Origin: Squalus acanthias | Lineage: Eukaryota | Length of the DNA: 64,000 bases | Assembly (NCBI GenBank): GCA_030390025.1 | Contig: CM059433.1 | Coordinates: 32,800,001-32,864,000, forward strand | Direction of reading: 5' to 3' | Part shown: piece after piece, positions 32,301-47,920 of the stretch | Position numbering within the stretch: the first letter of the stretch is position 1 | Layout: each line of letters begins with the position of its first letter | The notes under the pieces: model-generated | Database searches by the model: none | Seen by the model: only the letters and a program-made list of their open reading frames with translations | What the model was told of the DNA's origin: nothing | Position numbers and translations under genes: made by a program

Positions 32301-35300
32301 TCATTTAATCAATCACAGGATCAATCATAGAATCAATCACAGGATCAATCTTAGAATCGATCACATGAACAATCACAGCTTAATCTTAGAATCAATCACT
32401 AGATCAATCGTAGAATCAACTATAGAATCAATCACAGGATCTATCATCGAATCATGCATAGAATCAGCAATAGAATCCAAGTCGGGATCAAGCATAGAAT
32501 CCATCACAGGATCAATCTTAGAATCAATCACATAATCAATCATAGAATCAATCACATGATCCAGCATAGAATCAATCACAGGATCAATCACAGAATCAAT
32601 CATAGAATGAATCACATGATCAAACATTGAATCGATCACATGGTCAATCACAGGATCAATCTTAGAATCTATCACAAGATCAATCATAGAATCGGTCACA
32701 TGATCAATCACAGGATCAACCATAGAATCGATCACAGGGTCATTCACAGGAACAATCATAGAATCAATCACAGGATCAATCATAGAATCAATCATAGGAT
32801 CAAACATGGAATCAATCACATGATCAATCACAGGATCAATCATAGAATCAACCACATGATCAATCATAGAATCAATCACATGTTCAATCATAGAATGAAT
32901 CATGCATCAATCATAGAATCAATGACATTATCAATCATTTAATCAATCATAGGATCAATCATAGAATCAATCATAGGGTCAATCTTAGATTCAATTAATT
33001 GATCAATCTCTAGATCAATCATAGAATCAGTCACATGATCAAACATAGAATCAATCATAGAATCTATCACAAGATCAATCATAGAATCAATCAGAAGATT
33101 AAATATAGAATCAATCATTGAATCAATCATAGAATCAATTACAGAAACAAACACAGGATTAGTCATACAATCATTCACGTGATCTATCAGAGAATCAATC
33201 ATAGAATCAATCACAGCATTAATCATAGAAACAATAACAAGATCAACCATAGAATCAGTCACATGATCAATCACAGGAACAATCTTAGAAGCAATCACAG
33301 GATCAAGCACAGGATCAAAGATAGAATCAATCATATGATCGATCATAGAATGAATCATAGGATCAATCACAGGATCAATCATAGAATTACACACATGATC
33401 AAACATAGAATGAATCACAAAATCAATCATAGAATCAGTCAGAGGATCAGTCATAGAATCAATCATTGAATCAATCAAATGATCAATCATAGAATCAATT
33501 AGAGGATCAAACACAGAATCGATCACATGATCAAACAAAGGATCAATCTTAGAATCAACCACAAGATCAATTATAGAATCAATCGTTGAATCAAACACAG
33601 GATCAATCATAGAATCGATCACATGGTCAATCATAGGATCTATCGTAGAATCATTCATAGAATCAATCATAGAATGTATCACAGGATCAACAATAGAATC
33701 AATCATTGAATCAAAAACAGGATCAATCACAGAATCAATCACTGGATCAATCATAGAAAGAATCATAGGATCAATCATTGAATCAATCACTGGATCAATC
33801 ATAGAATCAATCATAGGAACAAGCATAAAAACAATCACATGATCAATCATAGAATCAATCACATGATCATACATAGAATCTAACACATGATCAATCTTAG
33901 AATCGGTCACATGATCAATCACAGGATCAATCTTAGAATCAATGACAAGATCAATCACAGGATCAATCACAGGCTCCATCATAGAATCGATCACATGATC
34001 AATCACAGGATCAATATTAGAATCAATCACAGGACCAATCATTGAATCTACCATTGAATCTATCACAAGATCAATCATAGAATCAAGCATAGAATCTATC
34101 ACAGGATCAATCATAGAATCTATCACAGGATTAATCATAGAATCAATGATTGAATTAATTGCAGAATCAAATATAGAATCAATCACAGGATCAATCATAG
34201 AATCAATCACATGACGAATCATAGAATCAATCAGATGATTAATCATAGAATCAATCACAGAATCAATCTTTGAATCAATCACAGGATCAATCATAGAATC
34301 AATCACTTATACAATTATAGAATCAATCAGAGGATCAAGCATAGAATCAGTCACAGAATCAATCATAGAATCAATCATAAGATCAAGCATAGAATCAATC
34401 ACAGGATCAATCATAGAATCAATCACATGATCAAACATAGAATCATTCACTTGTTCGATCATCGATTCAATCACATGATCAAGCATAGAATAAATCACAG
34501 GATCAATCATAGAATCAACCACATGATCAATCATAGAATCGATCACATGCTCAATCAAAGGATCAATCTTAGAATCAATGACAAGATCAATCACAGGATC
34601 AATAACAGGATCAGCCATAAAATCAATCACAGGATCAATCATAGAATCAATCACAGGATCAAGCATAGAATCAATCGTTGAATCAAACACCGGATCAATC
34701 ATAGAATCAATCACATGATCAATCATAGAATCAATCATTGAATCAATCATAGAATCAACCACTTGATCAATCATAGCGTCAATCACAGGATCAATCATAG
34801 AAACAATCATAGGATCAATCATAAAATCAATCATAGGATCAAGTATAGAATCAATCGCAGGATCAATCTTAGAATCAATCACATGATCAATCATAGAATC
34901 AATCACATGATCAATCATAGAATCAATCACATGATCAATCCTAGAATCGATCACATGATCAATCACAGGATCAATCTTAGAAGCAATCATAGAATCAATC
35001 TCAGGATCAATCATAGAATCAATCACAGTATCTATCATAGAATCAATCACATGATCAGTCATGGAATCAATCACATGATCAATCATAGAATCAATCACAA
35101 GATCAATCAAAGTTTTAATGACATGATCAATCATATAATCAATTAGAGGATCAATCATAGAATCGATCACATGATCAATCACAGTATCAATCTAAGAATC
35201 AATCACAGGATCAATCATAAAATCAACTGTGCTATCAATCACAGGATCTATCATAGAATAATTCATAGAAGCAATCATAGGATCTATCACAGGATCAACC

Positions 35301-36644
35301 ATAGAATAAATCACATGATCAATCAGAGAATCAATCACATGATCAAACATAGAATCAATCACTTGATCAATCATAGATTCAATCACATGATCAAGCATAG
35401 AATCAATCACAGGATCAATCATAGAATCAGTCACAGGATCAATCATAGAATCAATCTTAGGATGAAGCATAGAATCCATCACAGGATCAATCATGAAATC
35501 AATCACATGATCAAGCATAGAATCAATCACTTGATCAATCATAGATTCAATCACATGATCAAGCATAGAATCAATCACAGGATCAACCATAGAATCGATC
35601 ACATGATCAATCAAAGGATCAATCTTCGAATCAATGACAAGATCAATCACAGGATCAATAACAGGATCAATCTCAGAATCAATCACAAGATCAATCATAG
35701 AATCAACCATAGAATCTATCACAGGATCAATCATGGAATCAATCATAGAATCTACCACTGGATCAATCAAGGAATCAATCATTGAATCAATGATAGAATC
35801 AATTGCAGAATCAATCACAGGAAGAATCATAGAATGATTCACATGATCTATCAGAGGATCAATCATAGAATCAATCACAGTATTAATCATAGAATCATTA
35901 ACAGGATCAATCATAGAATCAGTCACACGATCAATCATACAATCGATCACAGGATCAATAGCAGGATCAACCATAGATTCGATCACATGATCAATCACAG
36001 TATCAACTTCAGAATCAATCACAGGTTCAATCATGGAATCAATCATAGCGTCAATCACAAGATCAATCATAGAGTCAATCATAGGATCAATCATAAAATC
36101 AATCATAGGATCAAGCATAGAATCAATCACAGGTTCAATCTTAGAATCAATGACATTATCAATCAGAGAATCAATCACATGATCAGTCATAGAATTAATC
36201 GTTGAATCAAACACAGGATCAATCATAGAATCAGTCACATGATCAAAGTATCAATCTTCGAATCAATGACATGATCAATTACAGGATCAATAACAGGATC
36301 AATCATATAATCAGTCACATGATCAATCTTAGAATCAATCATAGCATCAATCATAGGATCAATCATAAAATCAATCATAGGATCATGCATAGAATCAATC
36401 ACAGGATCAATCTTAGAATCAATCACATGATCAATCATAGAATCAATCACATGATCAATCATAGAATCAATCACATGATCAATCCTAGAATCGATCACAT
36501 GATCAATCAGAGGAACATTCATAAAATCAATCATAGAATCAATCAAAGGATTAATTATATAATCAATCCCAGTATCAATCATGGAATCAATCACAGGATC
36601 ATTCACAGGATCAATCATGGAATCAATCACAGGATCAATCATAG
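26313..36644 (+). repeat. 10.3-kb segmental block D-C-E, copy 2
   Basis: Near-identical to 12302-22633. Confidence 0.95.
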
Positions 36645-39420
36645 AATCAATCACAGGATCAATCACAGGTTCAATCATAGAATCAATCACATTATCAATC
36701 ACAGGATCAATCATAGAATCAGTAACATGATCAATCATAGGATCTATTATAGAATCAATCAAATAATCAATCATCAGATCAGTCATAGAATCAATCACAA
36801 GATCAATCATGGAATCAATCACAGGATCAATCATAGAATCAATCACATTATCAATCACAGGATCAATCATAGAATCAGTCATATGATCAATCATAGGATC
36901 TATTATAGAATCAATCAAATAATCAATCATAAGATCAGTCATAGAATCAATCACAAGATCAATCATCGAATCAATCACATGACCAATCATATAATCAACC
37001 ACATGATCACGTACAGGATCAATCATAGAATCAATCATAGAATCAAATACAGGATCAATCATAGAATCAATCACATGATCAATCATAGAAACAATCGCAT
37101 GATCAAGCACAGTATCAATCATAGAATCAATCACATGATCTGTCATAGAATCAATCACAGGATCAATCACATGATCAAACATAGGCTCAAACATAGAAGG
37201 AATCACATGATCAATCACAGGGTCTATCATAGAATCAATCACATGATCAGTTAAACAATGAAACATAGAATCAATCATATGATCAATCACAGGATCAATC
37301 ATAGAATCAAACACAGGATCAATCACAGGATCAATCATAAGATCAATCATGGGACCAACACAGGATCAATCATATAATCAATCTCATGATCAATCACAGG
37401 ATCAATCACATAATCAATCACATCATCAATCACCAGATCAATCATAGAATTAATCACATGATCAATCACAGGATGTATCATAGGATCAATCACATGATCA
37501 ATCACACAATCAATCGTAGAATCAATCACATGATCAATTATAGAATCAATCCCAGGATCAATCATAGAATCAATCACATGATCAATAAGAGTAACAAACA
37601 TAAAATCAATCATAGAATCAATCAAAGGATTAATTATATAATCAATCCCAGGATCAATCATGGAATCAATCACAAGATCAATCACAGGATCAAACACGGT
37701 ATCAATCACAGGATCAATTATTGAATCAATCACAGGATAGAGCATAGAATCAATCACAGGATCAAGCATAGATTCAATCACAGGATCAATCATAGAATCA
37801 ATCATAGAATCAATAACATGATCAATCATTGAATCAATCACATGACCAATCACAGATCAATCATAGAATCAATCACATTATCAATCACAGGATCAATCAT
37901 AGAATCAGTCACATGATCAATCATAGGATCTATTATAGAATCAATAAAATAATAAATCATAAGATCAATCATCGAATCAATCACATGATCAATCATAGAA
38001 TCAATCACATGATCAATCCTAGAATCGATCACATGATCAATTACAAGATCAATCTTAGAAGCAATCACATGGTCAATCATAGATACAATCACATGATCAA
38101 TCATAAAATCAATCAAAGGTGCAATCATAGAATCAGTCACATGATCAGTCATAGAATCAATCACAGGATCAACATAGAATCGATCACATGATCAATCACA
38201 GGATCAATAATAGAATCATCCACATGATTAATCAAAGGATCTAAAACAGAATCAGTCAATTGAACCAATCATAAGATCAGTCATAGAATCAATCACAGGA
38301 TCAATCATAGAATCATTCGCCTGATCAATAACAAGATCAATCATTGAATCAATCACACGTTCAATCATATAATCAATCACATGATCAATCAAAGGATCAA
38401 TCATAGAATCAATCATAGAATCAAACACAGGATCAATCATAGAATCAATCACATGATCAATCATAGAATCAATCACATGATCAATCACAGGATCAATCAC
38501 AGGATCAATCATAGAATCAATCCCAGTATCAATCATAGTTTCAATCACATGTTCAATCACAGGATCAATCAGAGATTCAATCACATTATTAATCACAGGT
38601 AAATCATAGAATTATTCACATAATCAATCCCAGGATCTATCATAGAAACAATCAAATGATCAATCACAAGATCAATCATGGGACCATCACAGGATCAATC
38701 ATATAATCAATCTCATGATCAATCACAGGATCAATCATAGAATTGATCACATGATCAACCACCAGATCAATCATAGAATCAGTCACATGATCAATCACAG
38801 GATGTATCATTGGATCAATCACATGATCAATCGCACAATCAATCGTAGAATCAATCACATGATCAATCATAGAAGCAATCCCAGGATCAATCATAGAATC
38901 AAACACATGATCTATCATAGAACCAATCATAGGATCAATCACAGAATCAATGATACAATATATCAAATGTTCAGTCCCGGGATCAATCATAGAATCAATC
39001 ACATGATCAATCAGAGGAACATTCATAAAATCAATCATAGAATCAATCAAAGGATGAATTATATAATCAATTCCAGTATCAATCATGGAATCAATCACAT
39101 GATCAATCATAGAATCAATCTCAGGATCAATCATAGAATCAATCACATGATCTATCATAGAACCAATCATAGGATCAATCACAGCATGAATTATACAATA
39201 AATCAAATGTTCAGTCACAGGATCAATCATAGAATCAATCACATGATCAATCAGAGTAACAAACATAAAATCAATCATAGAATCAATCAAAGGATTAATT
39301 ATATAATCAATCCCAGGATCAATCATGGAATCAATCACAAGATCAATCACAGGATCAAACACGGTATCAATCACAGGATCAATCATTGAATCAATCACAG
39401 GATCAAGCATAGAATCAATC

Positions 39421-39930
39421 ACAGGATCAATCATAGAATCAATCATAGAATCAATAACATGATCAATCATTGAATCAATCACATGACCAATCACAGGATC
39501 AATCATAGAATCAATCACATTATCAATCACAGGATCAATCATAGAATCAGTTACATGATCAATCATAGGATCTATTATAGAATCAATAAAATAATAAATC
39601 ATAAGATCAATCATCGAATCAATCACATGACCAATCATATAATCAACCACATGATCAAGCACAGGATCAATCATAGAATCAATCATAGAATCAATAACAT
39701 GATCAATCATTGAATCAATCACATGACCAATCACAGGATCAATCATAGAATCAATCACATTATCAATCACAGGATCAATCATAGAATCAGTTACATGATC
39801 AATCAAAGGATCTATTATAGAATCAATAAAATAATAAATCATAAGATCAATCATCGAATCAATCACATGACCAATCATATAATCAACCACATGATCAAGC
39901 ACAGGATCAATCATAGAATCAATCATAGAA
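39421..39930 (+). repeat. 240-bp (20-monomer) near-perfect tandem duplication
   Basis: 39421-39660 equals 39661-39900 except one substitution (CATAGG/CAAAGG). Confidence 0.92.
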
Positions 39931-42164
39931 TCAAACACAGGATCAATCATAGAATCAAACACAGGATCAATCATAGAATCAATCACAGGATCAATCATAG
40001 AATCAATCACATGATCTGTCATAGAATCAATCACAGGATCAATCACATGATCAAACATAGGCTCCAACATAGAAGGAATCACATGATCAATCACAGGTTC
40101 TATCATAGAATCAATCACATGATCAGTTACACAATGAAACATAGAATCAATCATATGATCAATCACAGGATCAATCAGAGAATCAAACACAGGATCAATC
40201 ATAGAATCAATCACCGGATCAATCATGGGATCATCACAGGATCAATCATATAATCAATCTCATGATCAATCACAGGATCAATCATAGAATTGATCACATG
40301 ATCAACCAACAGATCAATCATTGAATCAATCACAAGATCAATCACACAATCAATCGTAGAATCAATCACATGATCAATCATAGAAGCAATACCAGGATCA
40401 ATCATAGAATCAATCACATGATCTATCATAGAACCAATCATAGGATCAATCACGGAATCAATTACACAATAAATCAAATTTTCAGTCACAGGATCAATCA
40501 TAGAATCAATCACATGATCTGTCATAGAATCAATCACAGAATCAATGACATTATCAATCACAGGATCAAACATAGAATCATTCACATGATCAATCACATG
40601 ATCAATCATAGAATCAATCACAAGATCAATCATATAATCAATCACAGGATCAAGCATAGAATCGATCACATGATCAATCATAGGATCAATAATAGAATCA
40701 TCCACATGATTAATCAAAGGATCATAGATTCAATCTCATGATCTGTCATAGAATCAATCACAGGATTAATCACATGATCATTCAGAGAATCTATCATAGA
40801 CTCAATCAAATGATCAATCATAAGATCAGTCATAGAATCAATCACAGGATCAATCATAGAATCATTCACCTGATCAATCACAAGATCAATCATTGAATCA
40901 ATCACATGATCAATCACAGGATCAATCATAGAATCAATCCCAGTGTCAATCATAGTTTCAATCACATGGTCAATCACAGGATCAATCAGAGAATCAATCA
41001 CATTATTAATCACAGGTAAATCATAGAATTATTCACATAATCAATCCCAGGATCTATCATAGAAACAATCAAATGATCAATCACAAGATCAATCATGGGA
41101 CCATCACAGGATCAATCATATAATCAATCTCATGATCAATCAGAGGATCAATCATAGAATTGATCAAATGATCAACCACCAGATCAATCATTGAAGCAAT
41201 CACATGATCAATCACAGGATGTATCATAGGATCAATCACATGAGCAATCACACAATCAATCGTAGAATCAATCACATGATCTATCATAGAACCAATCATA
41301 GGATCAATCACGGAATGAATTAAACAATAAATCAAATTTTCAGTCACAAGATCAATCATAGAATCAATCACATGATCAATCAGAGGAATATTCATAAAAT
41401 CAATCATGGAATCAATCAAAGGATTAATTATATAATCAATCCCAGGATCAATCATGGAATCAATCACAGGAACAATCACAGGATCAATCATGGAATCAAT
41501 CACAGGATCAATCATAGAATCAATCACAGGATCAAGCATAGAAACAATCACAGGATCAAGCATAGAATCAATCACAGGATCAATCATAGAAGCAATCATA
41601 GAATCAATATTACGATCAATCATAGAACCAATCACATGATCAATCACAGGATCAATCATAGAATCAATAAAATAACCAATCATAAGATCAGTCATAGAAT
41701 CAATCACAATATCAATCATAGAATCAATCACATGACCAAACATATAATCAACCACATGATCAACCACAGGATCAATCATAGAATCAATCATAGAATCAAA
41801 CACAGGATCAGTCATAGAATCAATCACATGATCAATCATAGAATCAAGCACATGATCAATCACAGGATCAATCACAGGATCAATCATAGAATCAATCACA
41901 TGATCTGTCATAGAATCAATCACAGGATCAATCACATGATCAGTCATATGCTCAAACAGAAGGAATCACATGATCAATCACAGGGTCTATCATAGAATCA
42001 ATCACATGATCAGTTACACAATCAAACATAGAATCAATCAAATGATCAATCACAGGATCAATCAGAGAATCATTCACATAATCAATCACATGAACTATCA
42101 CATAATCAATCATAGAATCACTGATAGGATCAATCAGAGAAACAATCAAACAATCAATCATTGA

Positions 42165-42930
42165 ATCAATCATAGGATCAAGCATAGAATCAATCACAGG
42201 ATTAAACAGAATCAATCATAGAATTAAACAAAGGATCAAGCAAAGTTTCAATCACAGGATCAATCATAGAATCAATCATAAAATCAATTAACCGATCAAT
42301 CATAGAATCAATCATAGGATCAATCATAGAATCAATCACCGGATCAATAATAGGATCAATCATAGAATCAATCATAGAAACAATCACAGGTTTAATCATT
42401 GAACCTAACATAGAATCAATCACATGATCTGTCAAATGATCAATCATAGACTCAATCACATAATCAATCATAGAATCAATCACAGGATCAATCATAGAAT
42501 CAATCAACGAATCAATCATTGAATCAATCATAGGATCATGCATAGAATCAATCACAGGATTAAACAGAATCAATCATAGAATTAAACAAAGGATCAAGCA
42601 AAGTTTCAATCACAGGATCAATCATAGAATCAATCATAACATCAATTAACCGATCAATCATAGAATCAATCATAGGATCAATCATAGAATCAATCACCGG
42701 ACCAATAATAGGATCAATCATAGAATCAATCATAGAAACAATCACAGGTTTAATCATTGAACCTAACATAGAATCAATCACATGATCTGTCAAATGATCA
42801 ATCACAGACTCAATCACATAATCAATCATAGAATCAATCACAGGATCAATCATAGAATCAATCAACGAATCAATCATTGAATCAATCATAGGATCATGCA
42901 TAGAATCAATCACAGGATTAAACAGAATCA
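42165..42930 (+). repeat. 358-bp (30 monomers minus 2 bp) tandem duplication
   Basis: ATTAAACAGAATC at 42201, 42559 and 42917, with shared CAAAGTTTC, AACCGATC, GAACCTAAC and CAACGAATC variants. Confidence 0.9.
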
Positions 42931-43699
42931 ATCTTAGAATCAATCACAGAATTAATCAAAGGATGAAGCAAAGTATCAATCACAGGATCAATCAGAATCA
43001 ATCATAAAATCATTTAACTGATCAATCATAGAATCAATCATAGAATCAATCAGAGGATCAATCATAGAATCAATCACAGGATGAATCATAGAATCAATCA
43101 TTGGATCAAACATAAGATCAATCATAGAATAAATCAAAGAATCAATCATAAAATCAATCATAGGATCAATCACAGGATCAATCACAGGATCAATCATAGA
43201 ATCAATCACAGGATGAATCATAGAGTCAATCATTGGATCAATCATAGGATCAATCACTGGATCAATAATTGAATCAATCATAGAATCAATCATATAATCA
43301 ATCCTTGAATCAATCATTGAATCAATCAAAGGATCAATAATAGAATCAATCAGGTAATCAATCATAGAATCAATCATAGGATCAATCATAGGAGCAATCA
43401 CAGGATCAATCATAGAATCAATCATATAATCAATCCTTGAATCAATCATTGAATCAATCAGAGGATCAATCATAGAATCAATCTTAGAATCAATCATAGA
43501 AACAAATAAAGGATCAATCATATAATCAATCATAGGATCAATCATAGAATCAATCATAGAATCAATCACAGGATCAATCCTTGAATCAATCATAGAATCA
43601 ATCAAAGAATCAATCATAGATTCAATCATCGAATCAATCATAGAAACAAACAAAGGATCAATCATAGAATCAATCATAGGATCAATCATAGAATCAATC

Positions 43700-44100
43700 A
43701 GAGAATCAATCACAGGCTCTATAATAGGATCAATCATAGAATCAATTGCAGCATCAATCCTAGAATTAATCACAGGATCAATCATAGAATGAATCATAGA
43801 TTCAATCATAGAATCAATCATAGGATCAATCATAGAATCAATCATAGAATCAATCATAGGATCAATCATAGAATCAATCATAGAATCAATCACAGGCTCT
43901 ATAATAGGATCAATCATAGAATCAATTGCAGCATCAATCCTAGAATTAATCACAAGATCAATCATAGAATGAATCATAGATTCAATCATAGAATCAATCA
44001 TAGGATCAATCATAGAATCAATCATAGAATCAATCACAGGCTCTATAATAGGATCAATCAAAGAATCAATCGCAGGATCAATCCTAGAATTAATCACAGG
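43700..44100 (+). repeat. 180/144-bp local triplication
   Basis: GGCTCTATAATAGG at ~43715, ~43895 and ~44039. Confidence 0.8.
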
Positions 44101-47100
44101 ATCAATCATAGAATCTATCACTGAATAAAACACTGGATGAATAATAGGATCAATCACATATCAATCATAGAAACAATCATAGGCTTAATGATAGGATCAA
44201 TCATAGAATCAATCATAGGATCAATCATAGAATCAATCACAGGATCAATAATTGAATCAATCACAGGATCAATCATAGAATTAATCATAGAATCAATCAT
44301 CGAATCAATCATTGAGTCAATCACAGGATCAATCACAGGATCAATCATAGAATCAATCATAGAATCAATCATAGAATCAATCATAGAAACAATCACAGGC
44401 TTAATCATAGGATCAATCATGGAATCTATCATAGAATCATACAGTGGATGAATAATAGGATCAAACATATAATCAAACATGGAAACAATCATAGGCTTAA
44501 TCATAGGATCAATCATAGACTCAATCATAGAATCAATCACATGATCAATAATTGAATCAATCACAGAATCAGTCATACGATCAATCACAGGATCAATCAT
44601 AGAATCAATCACAGGATGAATCATAGAATCAATCACAGGATGAATCATAGGATCAATCATAGGAACAATCATAGAATCAATCAAAAAATCAATCATAGAA
44701 TCAATCATCGGATTAATCATAGAATCGATCATAGGATAAATCACGGGATCAATCATAGAATCAAGCATAGAATCAATCATAAAAGCAATCATAGGATCAA
44801 ACAGAGAATTAATCAGAGTATCAATCACAGGATCAATCATAGAATCAATTGCAGGATCAATCCTTGAATTAATCAAAGAGTCAATCATAGGATCAAACAT
44901 AGAACCAATTATAGGATCAATCATAGGAGCAATCACAGGATCAATCATAGAATCAATCATATAATCAATCCTTGAATCAATCATTGAATCAAAGGATCAA
45001 TGATAGAATCAATCACAGAAACAAATAAAGGATCAAACATTGAATCAATCAAATAATCAATCATTGAATCAATCAAATAATCAATCATAGAATCAATCAT
45101 CGAATCAATCATAGAAACAAACAAAGGATCAATCATAGAATCAATCACAGGATCAATCATAGAATCAATCATAGGAACAAGCATAAAAACAATCACACGA
45201 TCAATCATAGAAACAAACAAAGGATCAATCATAGAATCAATCACAGAATCAATCATAGAATCATTCATCGAATCAATCATGGAAACAAACAAAGGATCAA
45301 TCATAGAATCAATCGCAGGATCAATCCTTGAATCAATCAAAGAATAAATCATAGAATCAATCGCAGGATCAATCCTTGAATCAATCAAAGAATCAATCAT
45401 AGAATCAAACATAGAACCAATCATAGGATCAATCATAGAATCAATCATATAATCAATCCTTGAAACAATAATTGAATCAAAGGATCAATCATAGAATCAA
45501 TCACAGAAACAAACAATGGATCAATCATAGAATCAATCACAGGATCAATCCTAGAATCAATCACAGGATCAATCATAGAATCTATCATAGAATCAAACAC
45601 CGGATCAATAAAAGGATCAAACAAAAATCAATCATAGTAACAATCACAGGCTTAATCATAGGATCAATCATAGACTCAATCAGAGGATCAATAATTGAAT
45701 TAATCACTAGATCAATCATAGAATCAATCGTAGAATCAATCACATGATCAATCATAGTAACAATCACAGGATTAATCATAGGCTCAATCATAAACTCAAT
45801 CAGAGGATCAATAATTGAATCAATCACAGGATCAATCATAGAATCAATCATAGAATCTATCACAGGATCAGTCATAGAATCAATCACAAGATTAAATATA
45901 GAATCAATCATTGAATCAATCATAGAATCAATTACAGAAACAAACACAAGATTAGTCATACAATCATTCACGTGTTCTATCAGAGGATCAATCATAGAAT
46001 CAATCACAGCATTAATCATAGAAACCAGAACTAGATCAATCATATAATCAGTCACATGATCAATCACAGGAACAATCTTAGAAGCAATCACAGGATCAAA
46101 GATAGAATCAATCACATGATCGATCATAGAATGAATCATAAGATCAATCAGAGGATCAATCATAGAATCACACACATGATCAAACATAGAATCAATCACA
46201 AAATCAATCATAGAATCAATCAGAGGATCAGTCATAGAATCAATCATTGAATCAAACACAGGATCAATCATAGAATCAATCACTGCTACAATCATAGAAT
46301 AAATCACAGGATGAATCATAGAATCAGTCACAGGATCAAACATAGAATCAATCACATGATCAAACATAGAATCAATCACTTGATCGATCATAGATTCAAT
46401 CACATGATCAAGCATAGAATCAATCACAGGATCAATCATAGAATGAATCACATTATCAATCATAGAATCAACCACATGATCAAACATAGAATCGATCACA
46501 TGTTCAATTAAAGGATCAATCTTAGAATCAATGACAAGATCAATCACAGGATGAATAACAGGATCAGCCATAAAATCAATCACATGATCCATCATAGAAT
46601 CAATCACAGGATCAGTCTTACAATCAATCGTTGAATCAAACATTGGATCAATCATAGAATCATTCACTGGTACAATCATAGAATCAATAACAGGATCAAT
46701 CATAGAATCAGTCACAGGATCAATCATAGAATCAATCATAGGATCAAGCATAGAATCAATCACAGAATCAATCATAAAATCAATCACAGGATCAAACATA
46801 GAATCAATCACTTGACCAATCATATATTCAATCATAGGATCAAACATGGAATCAATCACATGATCAATCACAGGATCAATCACGTGATTAATCACAGGAT
46901 CAATCATACAATCAATCACATGATCAAACATAGAGACAATCATATGATCAATCATAGAATCAATCACATGAAGAATCATAGAATCAATCACATGATCAAT
47001 CAAAGAATCAAACACAGGCTCAATCATAGACTCAATCAAAAGATCAAACATAGAATCAGTAATCGAATCAATCATAGAAACAAACAAAGGATCAATCATG

Positions 47101-47189
47101 GAATCAATCACAGGATTAAGCATAGAATCACTCACATGATCAAGCATAGAATAAATCACAGGATCAATCACAGAATCAATCATATGATC

Positions 47190-47920
47190 AATAATAGAAT
47201 GAATCACATGATAAAACATTGAATCGATCACATGGTCAATCACAGGATCAATCTTAGAATCTATCACAAGATCAATCATAGAATCGATCAAAGGATCAAT
47301 CACAGGATCAACCATAGAATCGATCACAGGGTCAATCACAGGAACAATCTTAGAATCAATCACAGGATCAATCATAGAATCAATCATAGAATCAATCATA
47401 GAATCAATCATAGGATCAATCATAGAATGAATCACAGAATCAATCATGGAATCAATCATCGGATCAATCATAGAATCAATCATGAGTTCAATCACAGGAT
47501 CAATAATAGAAGCAATCAAATAATTAATCAAAGAATCAATCCTAGAATCAATCATAGGGTCAATCCTAGAATCAATCACAGGATCAATCATAGAATCAAT
47601 CATAGAATCAGTCATAGAATCAATCATTGAGTCAAACATAGAAATCAATCACAGGATCAATGATAGGATCAATCCTAGAATCAATCATAGGATCAACCCT
47701 AGAATCAATCACAGGATCAATCATAGAGTCAATCAAAGGATCAATCATAGAAGAAATCATAGAACCAATCATTGAATCAATCATAGAATCAGTCAGAGCA
47801 TGAATGATAGGAACAATAATAGAATCAATCACTGGATCAATCGTAGAAACAATCATAGAATCAATCATATGATCAAGAATTGGATAAATCGTAGAATCAA
47901 TGATAGGATCAATAATGGAA
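47190..47920 (+). repeat. ~0.75-kb block duplicated at ~48750-49490 (offset 1558 then 1570)
   Basis: ORF pairs 47232/48790 and 47632/49202; landmark GAGTCAAACATAGAAATCAATC in both. Confidence 0.85.
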
